A stretch of 58,239 bases of DNA, taken from the NCBI GenBank assembly GCA_001816385.1, contig MHBW01000031.1, forward strand, positions 1-58,239, given 5' to 3'. Of the stretch, positions 47,011 through 54,449 are shown in pieces. Source of the DNA: Candidatus Blackburnbacteria bacterium RIFCSPHIGHO2_01_FULL_43_15b. Lineage in GTDB: Bacteria > Patescibacteriota > Microgenomatia > UBA8517 > UBA10165. The translations under genes were made by a program, and so were the position numbers. Each line of letters starts with the position of its first letter. The stretch's first letter is position 1. The notes beneath the pieces were generated by a model. The model searched no databases. It saw only the letters and a list, made by a program, of their open reading frames with translations, and was not told the origin of the DNA.

Positions 47011-47349
47011 TTATATTTTAATCGCGCCAAGATCAATTTGTAAAATGTTGACGCCAAAGACAGCTTCGATAAGCTTCAAGATTGCAAAAAGAGAAAGCAT
47101 AACGACAACCCCAAGAAGCGCATGAACTATGCTGTTGCGGGCCTTTTCGAGGGCCTTTGCGTCTCCTGTTGATGTAATCCACTGAAGCCCTCCTATTAAA
47201 AAGTAAACAATAAAAAGCACAAACCCGACGACAAAGAAAGTTTTAAGAATAACTGCTATAACGGCACTGAAACCGCTAACTCCTGCTAACCCAGAGGTGG
47301 GATTTAACTTGGAAGGCAATAATGGATTTGAAACGTCTGCTAAATACAT
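47011..47349 (-). CDS. VirB2/TrbC-like pilin-module protein, paralog 3
   Basis: 112 aa. The loop is FLIGGLQWITSTGDAKALEKARNSIVHALLGVVVML. Confidence 0.55.
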   Translation of the reverse strand: MYLADVSNPLLPSKLNPTSGLAGVSGFSAVIAVILKTFFVVGFVLFIVYFLIGGLQWITSTGDAKALEKARNSIVHALLGVVVMLSLFAILKLIEAVFGVNILQIDLGAIKI

Positions 47350-47362
47350 AATTTTGTGTTTG

Positions 47363-47734
47363 TCATTTAATGCTCAAATTGTTAATGAAATCGTCAATTT
47401 TCAAAATATCGATGCCCATCAAAAAACCGATTACAGATATAAACACTAAAGCGATAAAAACAACCACTAAACCAATAACAGCATTTGTAATTCCCTGCCT
47501 TGCGTCTGCTGCACCTTTGGGATCTCCGCCTGCGGTCATTAGGCTATAACCACCAATAACAATTTGGACAATAAACCACAAGATTGCCCCAACAGTCATA
47601 AACCCAATAATGTTGGACAACAGCTTTTCCAAAAGACCCCCTGCACCCTCCGTGAGGCTGGTAGGGTCACCCAAAGGACCAAAGCCCTTAATTTCCCCCA
47701 AACTTTCTGCTACTAAATTTGTCGAATTTGTCAT
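47363..47734 (-). CDS. VirB2/TrbC-like pilin-module protein, paralog 4
   Basis: 123 aa. The loop is IVIGGYSLMTAGGDPKGAADARQGITNAVIGLVVVF. Confidence 0.55.
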   Translation of the reverse strand: MTNSTNLVAESLGEIKGFGPLGDPTSLTEGAGGLLEKLLSNIIGFMTVGAILWFIVQIVIGGYSLMTAGGDPKGAADARQGITNAVIGLVVVFIALVFISVIGFLMGIDILKIDDFINNLSIK

Positions 47735-47753
47735 ATTTGTCGAATTTAACCCA

Positions 47754-48269
47754 TTAGGGAGTTATTAACTGCGGTTTAAGTATAGCCGTTGCATCTCCAA
47801 AGAATATTTGTCCAATGATTGCTGCAAACAGGAAGGACGCAGCGATTATAACTACACCTACCAGGCTTTGCCAAATTCTTGCCCAGGCAGCACCGACTGC
47901 TTTTGCATCTCCTCCCGCTTGAATAAATTGATACCCAGCAATTATAAAGTTAAACAAGGCCCAAACTCCACCAGCAATGACTAAAAGTCTTAAAATTGCG
48001 CTTATCAGATTTCCCAAACCAGAAACTTCAGGAGCAACTCTGGCGGGGGGGGTAATTTTACCAAACAAAGCTCCTGATCCGCCAGTGGAGGTGTAACAAA
48101 CAAAGGTGGGTTGGTCGCCTACAGTTATATTATTACAGGCACCTGGACATCTAGACATTCGACACTCAGCCTCACTGTCGAAAGTTTTGCCTGCTTGAGC
48201 AGAAGCTGGAGATGCACTAAAAAAGACAAGTGATAAAAAAAGGGTCAAAGCAAAGATGAGATTTTTCAT
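47754..48269 (-). CDS. VirB2/TrbC-like pilin-module protein, paralog 5, with a Cys-rich N-terminal insert
   Basis: 171 aa with a signal peptide (SASPASAQA) and the insert CRMSRCPGACNNITVGDQPTFVC. The loop is FIIAGYQFIQAGGDAKAVGAAWARIWQSLVGVVIIA. Confidence 0.55.
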   Translation of the reverse strand: MKNLIFALTLFLSLVFFSASPASAQAGKTFDSEAECRMSRCPGACNNITVGDQPTFVCYTSTGGSGALFGKITPPARVAPEVSGLGNLISAILRLLVIAGGVWALFNFIIAGYQFIQAGGDAKAVGAAWARIWQSLVGVVIIAASFLFAAIIGQIFFGDATAILKPQLITP

Positions 48270-48270
48270 A

Positions 48271-48681
48271 TTAAAATATTTTAATATTGGTCAACGCTTC
48301 AATAAGTTGAATTATCCAATATGAGACGAAGATAATCAAGAAACCGGTAATTGCCGAGAAAATAACCTTCTTCCCACGGCCAATGGCATCCCTGTCATCA
48401 GAGCCTGCGCCACGGATATATTCAAACCCGCCCCACAGGAAAAAGATGAAGACTATAACGCCGGCGATAAGATAAAGATTCCCGGCTACGGCTGAGACCA
48501 AACCTCCAATATTGGCTAATTCCTTAACAGGAGAGTTATATTCTTTGCCAATATCGACAGCTAAGGCAGAGGTGACTAGTAACTTGTGACTAGCGACTAG
48601 AGTAAGGAGGGTTGTAATTGTGTATTTTGCGAAACTAGCTACCACGTTACGAGTTGACGAGTTACTTTTTATTATTTTCAC
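48271..48681 (-). CDS. VirB2/TrbC-like pilin-module protein, paralog 6
   Basis: 136 aa. The loop is FLWGGFEYIRGAGSDDRDAIGRGKKVIFSAITGFLIIF. Confidence 0.5.
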   Translation of the reverse strand: MKIIKSNSSTRNVVASFAKYTITTLLTLVASHKLLVTSALAVDIGKEYNSPVKELANIGGLVSAVAGNLYLIAGVIVFIFFLWGGFEYIRGAGSDDRDAIGRGKKVIFSAITGFLIIFVSYWIIQLIEALTNIKIF

Positions 48682-48725
48682 AGTTCTAAGTGTATCAGGC
48701 AGAAGCGTAGCTTTGCAATTACCCT

Positions 48726-48806
48726 GTCATTCTGAGGCGTAGCCGAAGAATCTCTCGACTCGTTCGCGGAGTTTACGGTGAGTTTGTCGAATCTGCTCAG
48801 TGTGAC
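48726..48806. repeat. hairpin-family element (GTCAT...GTGAC) between a pilin gene and uppS
   Basis: gtcattctgaggcgtagccgaagaatc is followed by tcgactcgttcgcggag...gtcga and ends in ctcagtgtgac. The 61-aa ORF at 48727-48912 is a spurious translation of this element. Confidence 0.65.
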
Positions 48807-48820
48807 ACGGGATTGTGGGG

Positions 48821-49600
48821 TTATCCGCGGGTGACAAGTCGTGTTGCCTTTTTAACGTAATCAGTAAATTTCCCTTTCCCAAACCGTCTTGATCTTTTTG
48901 CAAAATTGGCAAGCGCCAGATCTAATTTCTTTGGGTTAAAGTCAGGCCAGAGAGTTTTTGTAAAGTAAAGTTCTGCATAAACCGCCTGCCAGGGGAAATA
49001 CCCGGAAAGCCTTTTGTCTCCGCCGGTTCTGATTATTAAATCCGGGTCGGGTATGCCGGCGGTATCCAAATAACCTGAAAATTCTTCCTCAGTTATGGGG
49101 GTTTCTGCAGAGCGCTGATGTGTTTGGACTTTGTCCAAGAGACGGGAGATAGCCCGCAAAAGTTCATCGCGCCCTCCGTAGTTGAGGGCAAAAGAAACGG
49201 TTATCTTTTTGTTATCTCTGGTTTTTTCAACAATCTTTTTGGCTAGAGTTGCAATATCTTCCGGAAACCAATCAATGTTGCCGATTATTTTTACCCGTAC
49301 TCCCAATTCTGCAAGCTCTAAAAGGTTAGTTTTTAACGCGTCCCGGAAGATTTTAAAAAGTCCTTGAAGCTCGTAAGTATCCCGTTTTTGATTTTCTGTA
49401 GAAAATGCCCAAAAAGTTAAATATCCGAGTCCGCGCTTTATAGCATGTTCGACAATCGGCTTGATGGTTTTTTCAGCAGCGACCCTGTGACCATCAATTG
49501 CGCCAACACCGTGTTTGGCAGCCCAACGGCGGTTGCCGTCCATAATTATTGCCACATGATTAGGAACACCAGTGGAAGAGTTATTTGCGATTTTTGCCAT
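48821..49600 (-). CDS. uppS: undecaprenyl diphosphate synthase (isoprenyl transferase)
   Basis: 259 aa. Motifs present: HVAIIMDGNRRWA, LTFWAFSTEN and IRTGGDKRLSGYFPWQ. Confidence 0.9.
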   Translation of the reverse strand: MAKIANNSSTGVPNHVAIIMDGNRRWAAKHGVGAIDGHRVAAEKTIKPIVEHAIKRGLGYLTFWAFSTENQKRDTYELQGLFKIFRDALKTNLLELAELGVRVKIIGNIDWFPEDIATLAKKIVEKTRDNKKITVSFALNYGGRDELLRAISRLLDKVQTHQRSAETPITEEEFSGYLDTAGIPDPDLIIRTGGDKRLSGYFPWQAVYAELYFTKTLWPDFNPKKLDLALANFAKRSRRFGKGKFTDYVKKATRLVTRG

Positions 49601-49694
49601 ATACCAGGTGGGTGGATTTTAACACAGGTCGAGTTCTTTGAACAATTGCGACTTGACGATCTTCCTAGTGAGTCGCGAGCTTACGAGTTACCGA

Positions 49695-50012
49695 TTAGAA
49701 CAGGTTTCTAAACTGGCTAATTCCTAATATCAGTCCAAGTATTTGCACTATCCAAAAAGCGGCGAAAATAATTACAAAACCAATGACTGCTCGGGTTATC
49801 CTGTCTTTTCCGGCGGCGGTGGCTTTTGGATCACCATGGGACATCATGATTCCAAACCCTCCCCAGATGAAGTAAAGAAACAAAACTATACCAGCCAGAC
49901 CAAAAACATAAGGTACAAAAGCGCTGACGATGCCGCCCAAAGTATTCAGGTTTTGGTTATAGCCCGTCTCGTTTAAATTTTGCTGTAAAACTCCAAAATC
50001 TATTGCTGCCAT
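49695..50012 (-). CDS. VirB2/TrbC-like pilin-module protein, paralog 7
   Basis: 105 aa. The loop is FIWGGFGIMMSHGDPKATAAGKDRITRAVIGFVIIF. Confidence 0.55.
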   Translation of the reverse strand: MAAIDFGVLQQNLNETGYNQNLNTLGGIVSAFVPYVFGLAGIVLFLYFIWGGFGIMMSHGDPKATAAGKDRITRAVIGFVIIFAAFWIVQILGLILGISQFRNLF

Positions 50013-50058
50013 AAGAAAATTATTAACTTGCTATCTTGTTAAAACACAACTTCTCCCC

Positions 50059-50114
50059 GTCATACTGAACTTGATTCAGTATCTACATAGATTCCGTGTC
50101 AGGCACGGAATGAC
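50059..50114. repeat. paired hairpin element (GTCAT...ATGAC)
   Basis: gtcatactgaa-cttga-ttcagtatc at 50059-50083 and gattccgtg-tcagg-cacggaatgac at 50090-50114. It has the same flanks and the same CTTGA loop as 8988-9012, but a different, compensated stem. Confidence 0.8.
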
Positions 50115-50141
50115 AGCAAGAGGTAGGTTTTGAAACGAGAT

Positions 50142-51209
50142 CTACCCGAATCCTGGTAATCCTAATATATCTACTCCAATTAATTTTAACAAGAAGACGG
50201 AAAAAATTATCAAAATTAAACCGGATATCGCTGCGTTTAGGAGCTCCTTCCCACCTTGAATTTTATCCGGGTTGCCTGTTGAGCTCATAATTTGGAATCC
50301 TGCGAAGATTATTAACAAAAATGCAACCCCTCCAGCTATTCCCAAGGCCCACTTCAGAAACCACCCAACGAATTGATTGGTGTCTCGTATGGGTATGCAT
50401 CCTAGGGCTGTTTGCAAACTTGTTTTGCTTGAGTCGCACCAAGTAGGTTCGAATGCTGAGGTCGGCGGAGACTCCTCTCCAGGTTTGTAAGTAAAGGTGC
50501 TTTGATCTCCTCTTGTTTTGCCAACACTAAACTCACGAGAGCAAAGAACCTCCGCACTAATATCATCTGTTCTGCGTGCTTTAACTACAATGGTGTATTG
50601 ACCGTCTGATTGGAAATTGCCGGCGGTCGCCTCATATGTATCACCCTTTTGGCCACCACTGATTATTTGGCCTTTGTCAGGAGAAATTTCTGAGAATAAA
50701 CCGAACCTAGCTACAGCGATATCTGTAAGTTGAGAAAAATTTGAGAAAACAAAGTTAACCTGCTGGTCTACTCCTGGCTGCTTAGGGGTTTGGTCGACTC
50801 GGCATCCCTCATATGACGGATATACCTTATAATCAATTCGACAAACCTCTTCACTCTCACTATTAGCTTTAGTTATCTTAATTTGCTTATCTCCTACTGA
50901 TGTTTCATTTCCCTCCCCACCAACACTAAAAGTGAGGTCGCTACCTTCTACTTTGGGGGTCAGGGGCATTGAGCTGTCACGAGCATTCAGTTTAAGTAAA
51001 TACCAATTACCCCCACGAACAAAGTAAATGCTATAGTCTTGAGTAGGGTTAAATTTGTATCCGGAGACGGTGAATTTGGCTGGTCTGTCAGCGTAAAGTG
51101 TTTTAGGGTTGGTGGTTACCGAGCAACGATCAAATGCATAAGCTGGGCGAGGAACAATGGTGGCTGGTGCAAGGAGTGCAACCGAAATTAAAAAAAATAT
51201 TTTTTTCAT
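50142..51209 (-). CDS. large secreted ectodomain fused to a C-terminal VirB2/TrbC-like pilin module (paralog 8)
   Basis: The start is set at MKKIFFLISVALLAPA (ATG 51209), giving a signal peptide. A roughly 280-aa beta-rich domain follows. The C-terminus is FLLIIFAGFQIMSSTGNPDKIQGGKELLNAAISGLILIIF. Confidence 0.55.
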   Translation of the reverse strand: MKKIFFLISVALLAPATIVPRPAYAFDRCSVTTNPKTLYADRPAKFTVSGYKFNPTQDYSIYFVRGGNWYLLKLNARDSSMPLTPKVEGSDLTFSVGGEGNETSVGDKQIKITKANSESEEVCRIDYKVYPSYEGCRVDQTPKQPGVDQQVNFVFSNFSQLTDIAVARFGLFSEISPDKGQIISGGQKGDTYEATAGNFQSDGQYTIVVKARRTDDISAEVLCSREFSVGKTRGDQSTFTYKPGEESPPTSAFEPTWCDSSKTSLQTALGCIPIRDTNQFVGWFLKWALGIAGGVAFLLIIFAGFQIMSSTGNPDKIQGGKELLNAAISGLILIIFSVFLLKLIGVDILGLPGFG

Positions 51210-51307
51210 ACAAACAAACCCTCTTTTTCTAGAGGTTTGTGCAAAGTGTAGCACAATAGACCCGTTTCTCGCGAGTTTGGCTTGTTGTTTCGTGATACAA
51301 TGCAGCC

Positions 51308-51583
51308 ATGGAGAAAACAATTTTAAACTATCGAGTTATTATAGAGCCTGAAAAGTATCCAAGTGGCGATCTGGTTTATAATGCCCATTGTCCAACACTG
51401 GGTGTAGCTGACTATGGCGATACTGTGGACGAGGCTTTATCAAGCATACAAGACGGTATTGAATTAGCTATTGAAACCTTGGCGAGTAAGGGCGAGGGTG
51501 TTCCGGTAGATAACATTGAACAACAGATAATAGCTTCAGCAAAAGTTACTTTTCAACAAAAGTTAAAAATCCAAATAGTCTAA
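51308..51583 (+). CDS. hicB: HicB-family antitoxin
   Basis: 91 aa. YRVIIEPEKYPSGDLVYNAHCPTLGVADYGDTVDEALSSIQDGIELAIE fits the HicB/UPF0150 fold pattern. Confidence 0.7.
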   Translation: MEKTILNYRVIIEPEKYPSGDLVYNAHCPTLGVADYGDTVDEALSSIQDGIELAIETLASKGEGVPVDNIEQQIIASAKVTFQQKLKIQIV

Positions 51584-51585
51584 CC

Positions 51586-51810
51586 TTGAGCAAACTTCCC
51601 AGGAATATTAAAGGTAAAGAATTGGTTAAGATCCTTGGGAGACTGGGTTTTAAAAAAGAAAGCGGGAAAGGAAGTCATATAAGAATGACTTGTCCAGACG
51701 GCCGGTGGACTCAAGTAGCAATTCACACAAAACCAATTCCACAAGGAACGCTCAAAGCAATTTTGAAACAATCGGGAGTCACAGTTGAAGATCTCCTCAA
51801 AAACATGTAA
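51586..51810 (+). CDS. hicA: HicA-family toxin
   Basis: 74 aa with a TTG start. KELVKILGRLGFKKESGKGSHIRM...IPQGTLKAILKQSGV is a typical HicA sequence. Confidence 0.8.
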   Translation: MSKLPRNIKGKELVKILGRLGFKKESGKGSHIRMTCPDGRWTQVAIHTKPIPQGTLKAILKQSGVTVEDLLKNM

Positions 51811-51847
51811 TTTCCAACGTGTACTTAAGATCGCTGCTGGTATACTA

Positions 51848-53590
51848 ATGGTAATGTTCAAGAAGGCAAAACGGCATACGGTATACGGCAAACACTTCTT
51901 GCTTTTGGGAATTTTCTTTTCGGCGTTCGTTTCTTTCGTTTTTCGTTTTTCGTTTTTCGTCTACGCCGATTGCGCTAATGCTAACAACGCCGAGTCTTTT
52001 CAATGTCAAATTGACCAGATTCAAAGAGAAATTGACCAAATAAAGCCGGCCCATGACAAAAACAAAGCAGAACTGGCCAGTCTTCGTGTAAAATTAAGCA
52101 GTTTAAATGCCAAAATAAACAGCCTTTCACGCCAGCTGGATACGGTTGAAAAAAATTTAGAAGATCGTGAGGCAAGTCTGGCGGTTCGACAGCAGTTGTT
52201 TGAAGAAAAAACTAAACGCCATTATATGGTTTTGCGCCAACAAGACCCCCTGGCCCCCTTTTTGCTGGCCGATACAGCCACAGATCTTTTGCAGCAAATA
52301 GCCATTCGCTCAAGAGTCATCGCTCAAGATCAGCAGGATATTGTAAAAATTGCCCAGGATATTAATGATCTTGAAAACGACAAACAAACCTTAACCAAAA
52401 ACCGAAGTTCTCTACAAACTGCCCAAAGTTCTTTAAATAAAAACGCGGACTTTTTGGCAGGGGAAGTGGCTAAGGTTGAAAAATATATCCAAGGTTTAAC
52501 CCAAAAGCAGAAAAACTTAATTGCGGCAAAGTTGGCCAGTCTTCATCTGCCAACCTCTTTAGGCGCCGGTCCTTTGTTGTGTACGGATGACAGAAAAATT
52601 GACCCGGGATTTTCACCAGGCTTTGCTTTCTATACATATGGCATTCCGCACCGTGTTGGTTTAAACCAATATGGAGCCTATGGAAGGGCAAAAGCTGGAC
52701 AAAACTATCGAGATATTTTAAATGCCTACTATCAGGGAGTGAGCTTGGACAAAAAAGAAAACATCACTCTCTCGGTTAATGGCTATGGCAATCTGGTGAT
52801 GGAAACTTATCTTTTGGGCATTGCCGAAATGCCTGGCGACTGGCCTTTGGAGGCTTTGAAAGCCCAGGCTGTGGCGGCTCGTTCTTACGCCTGGTCGTAT
52901 ACAAACGGGGGAGCCAAATCTATTTGTACCACTCAGGCCTGCCAGGTTTATAAAGGTTCAAACCGCGGGGGAAACTGGGAGCAGGCAGTAAAAGCAACAG
53001 AGGGAGAGGTTCTAAGCTCGGGAGGTTCGCCGATTACAGCCTGGTATGCTTCAACTTTTGGTGGGTATGAGCTTGCCTCGGCAGATATTGGATGGTCTCC
53101 AACTTCCTGGACTAAGAGAATGCGGGACACATCAGGCGACGTGGGCAGTTTCGGTGATCTTAATAATTTATCCTACGACAAGGATTCACCCTGTTTTTAT
53201 GCCGCTCAGGGTTTCAGGAAAGAATACAACAAGAGTGCCTGGCTAAAAGGTGATGAAGTGGCAGATATCGTAAACAGTTTAAAATTGTCCAAAGCCGATT
53301 CTGGGACACAATCCCATCTTTCTCAACCTGACAAATCAGACAGCGACACTTGGGACCAAGGAAGGGTTAAGCGGGAGCTTTCCTCGCGGGGAACTACTCC
53401 CTACAATTCCATAAGCAGCGTTTCAGTTTCTGATTGGGATACTGGTATGGGTAAAACAAACTCTGTTTCTGTTTCAGGGGATGCCGGATCCGATACTTTC
53501 TCGGGAGATGAGTTTAAGACGTTCTTCAACTTGCGCGCGCCTGGAAATATTCAAATCGTCGGACCGCTTTTCAATATCGAGAGGCGCTAA
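51848..53590 (+). CDS. SpoIID/LytB-domain protein with an N-terminal coiled coil
   Basis: The start is set at MVMFKK (ATG 51848). A TM helix is followed by a roughly 200-aa coiled coil. The SpoIID core is LEALKAQAVAARSYAW...CTTQACQVYKG...GEVLSSGGSPITAWYASTFGG. Confidence 0.75.
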   Translation: MVMFKKAKRHTVYGKHFLLLGIFFSAFVSFVFRFSFFVYADCANANNAESFQCQIDQIQREIDQIKPAHDKNKAELASLRVKLSSLNAKINSLSRQLDTVEKNLEDREASLAVRQQLFEEKTKRHYMVLRQQDPLAPFLLADTATDLLQQIAIRSRVIAQDQQDIVKIAQDINDLENDKQTLTKNRSSLQTAQSSLNKNADFLAGEVAKVEKYIQGLTQKQKNLIAAKLASLHLPTSLGAGPLLCTDDRKIDPGFSPGFAFYTYGIPHRVGLNQYGAYGRAKAGQNYRDILNAYYQGVSLDKKENITLSVNGYGNLVMETYLLGIAEMPGDWPLEALKAQAVAARSYAWSYTNGGAKSICTTQACQVYKGSNRGGNWEQAVKATEGEVLSSGGSPITAWYASTFGGYELASADIGWSPTSWTKRMRDTSGDVGSFGDLNNLSYDKDSPCFYAAQGFRKEYNKSAWLKGDEVADIVNSLKLSKADSGTQSHLSQPDKSDSDTWDQGRVKRELSSRGTTPYNSISSVSVSDWDTGMGKTNSVSVSGDAGSDTFSGDEFKTFFNLRAPGNIQIVGPLFNIERR

Positions 53591-53631
53591 TTGTACCGAA
53601 GGCTTGTAGTGGTGTAGAATAACACAAACCT

Positions 53632-54228
53632 ATGCCTGATCTTTACGTTTCTGAACAAAAGAGTACAAACGGAAATGCAGCAAAAAAAGGAGGCAACCCT
53701 TTGTCTGCATTTTTTTATCTTCCTAAAAAAGCGAAGTTCGAGAACCAGGATGATGACGAGCAAGTCATTCTATTGCTTCGTCGCCATCCGATAACCAACC
53801 TCCCTTGGATTCTGTTAGTTATTTCTCTCGCCCTTGCCCCCACCCTTCTAAATTTTTTTCCAGAGTTATCCATATTGCCAGGAAGATTCCAGTTGGTGAC
53901 AGTTGTGCTCTGGTATCTGTTTACAACAGCTGTCTTTATTCAGGGCGCTCTCACTTGGTTTTTTAACGTAAATATAATCACAAACAGAAGAATAGTAGAC
54001 GTCGACTTTTACACTCTTATTTACCGGGAGATTTCCGACGCCCGCTTAGATAACATTCAGGAAATAACTTATAAAGTGGGAGGTTTGCTTGGGACGTTTT
54101 TTCACTTTGGCAATGTCGAAATCCAAACTGCTGGAGCCCTTCCCAATTTTAACTTTGAAAATGTTCCCAATCCGGCACAAGTAACAAACATCTTGCAAGA
54201 TTTGCAGCGCAACAAGGGGAATATATGA
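53632..54228 (+). CDS. membrane protein with a bacterial PH-like (YdbS/YdbT-type) domain
   Basis: 198 aa. DEQVILLLRRHPITNLPW is followed by two TM helices and a C-terminal beta-rich domain. Confidence 0.45.
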   Translation: MPDLYVSEQKSTNGNAAKKGGNPLSAFFYLPKKAKFENQDDDEQVILLLRRHPITNLPWILLVISLALAPTLLNFFPELSILPGRFQLVTVVLWYLFTTAVFIQGALTWFFNVNIITNRRIVDVDFYTLIYREISDARLDNIQEITYKVGGLLGTFFHFGNVEIQTAGALPNFNFENVPNPAQVTNILQDLQRNKGNI

Positions 54229-54440
54229 TATTTGAATTAGCATCAATTTGGCTTTTAGTAAAAGTTTTTTACCTTGTCGCATTTTTTGTATATGTTGTTT
54301 TTGCTGCGGTTACAGTAAAACAAACATATCTTATGACCAAAACTCTAGAAATTGGCCTTGAAAGTCTAGTGCGCACGTTATCCTGGGCTCATTTTATTTT
54401 TGCGGTGGCAGTATTAGTTCTTGCCTTTGTTCTGCTGTAG
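54225..54440 (+). CDS. small two-helix membrane protein
   Basis: 71 aa. It overlaps the upstream stop by 4 nt (ATGA). Confidence 0.5.
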   Translation: MIFELASIWLLVKVFYLVAFFVYVVFAAVTVKQTYLMTKTLEIGLESLVRTLSWAHFIFAVAVLVLAFVLL

Positions 54441-54449
54441 AAAAAACAT

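Noticed and set aside
48727-48912. The 61-aa ORF overlapping the uppS 3' end.
   Set aside because: Its C-terminal part (…RERVERFFGYASE) is the translation of the hairpin repeat element, and the rest overlaps uppS out of frame.
30876-51320. Calling the T4SS-like locus an integrative conjugative element or plasmid remnant.
   Set aside because: I found no integrase, relaxase, coupling protein, replication gene or flanking direct repeats / tRNA attachment site. Mobility cannot be claimed from this window.
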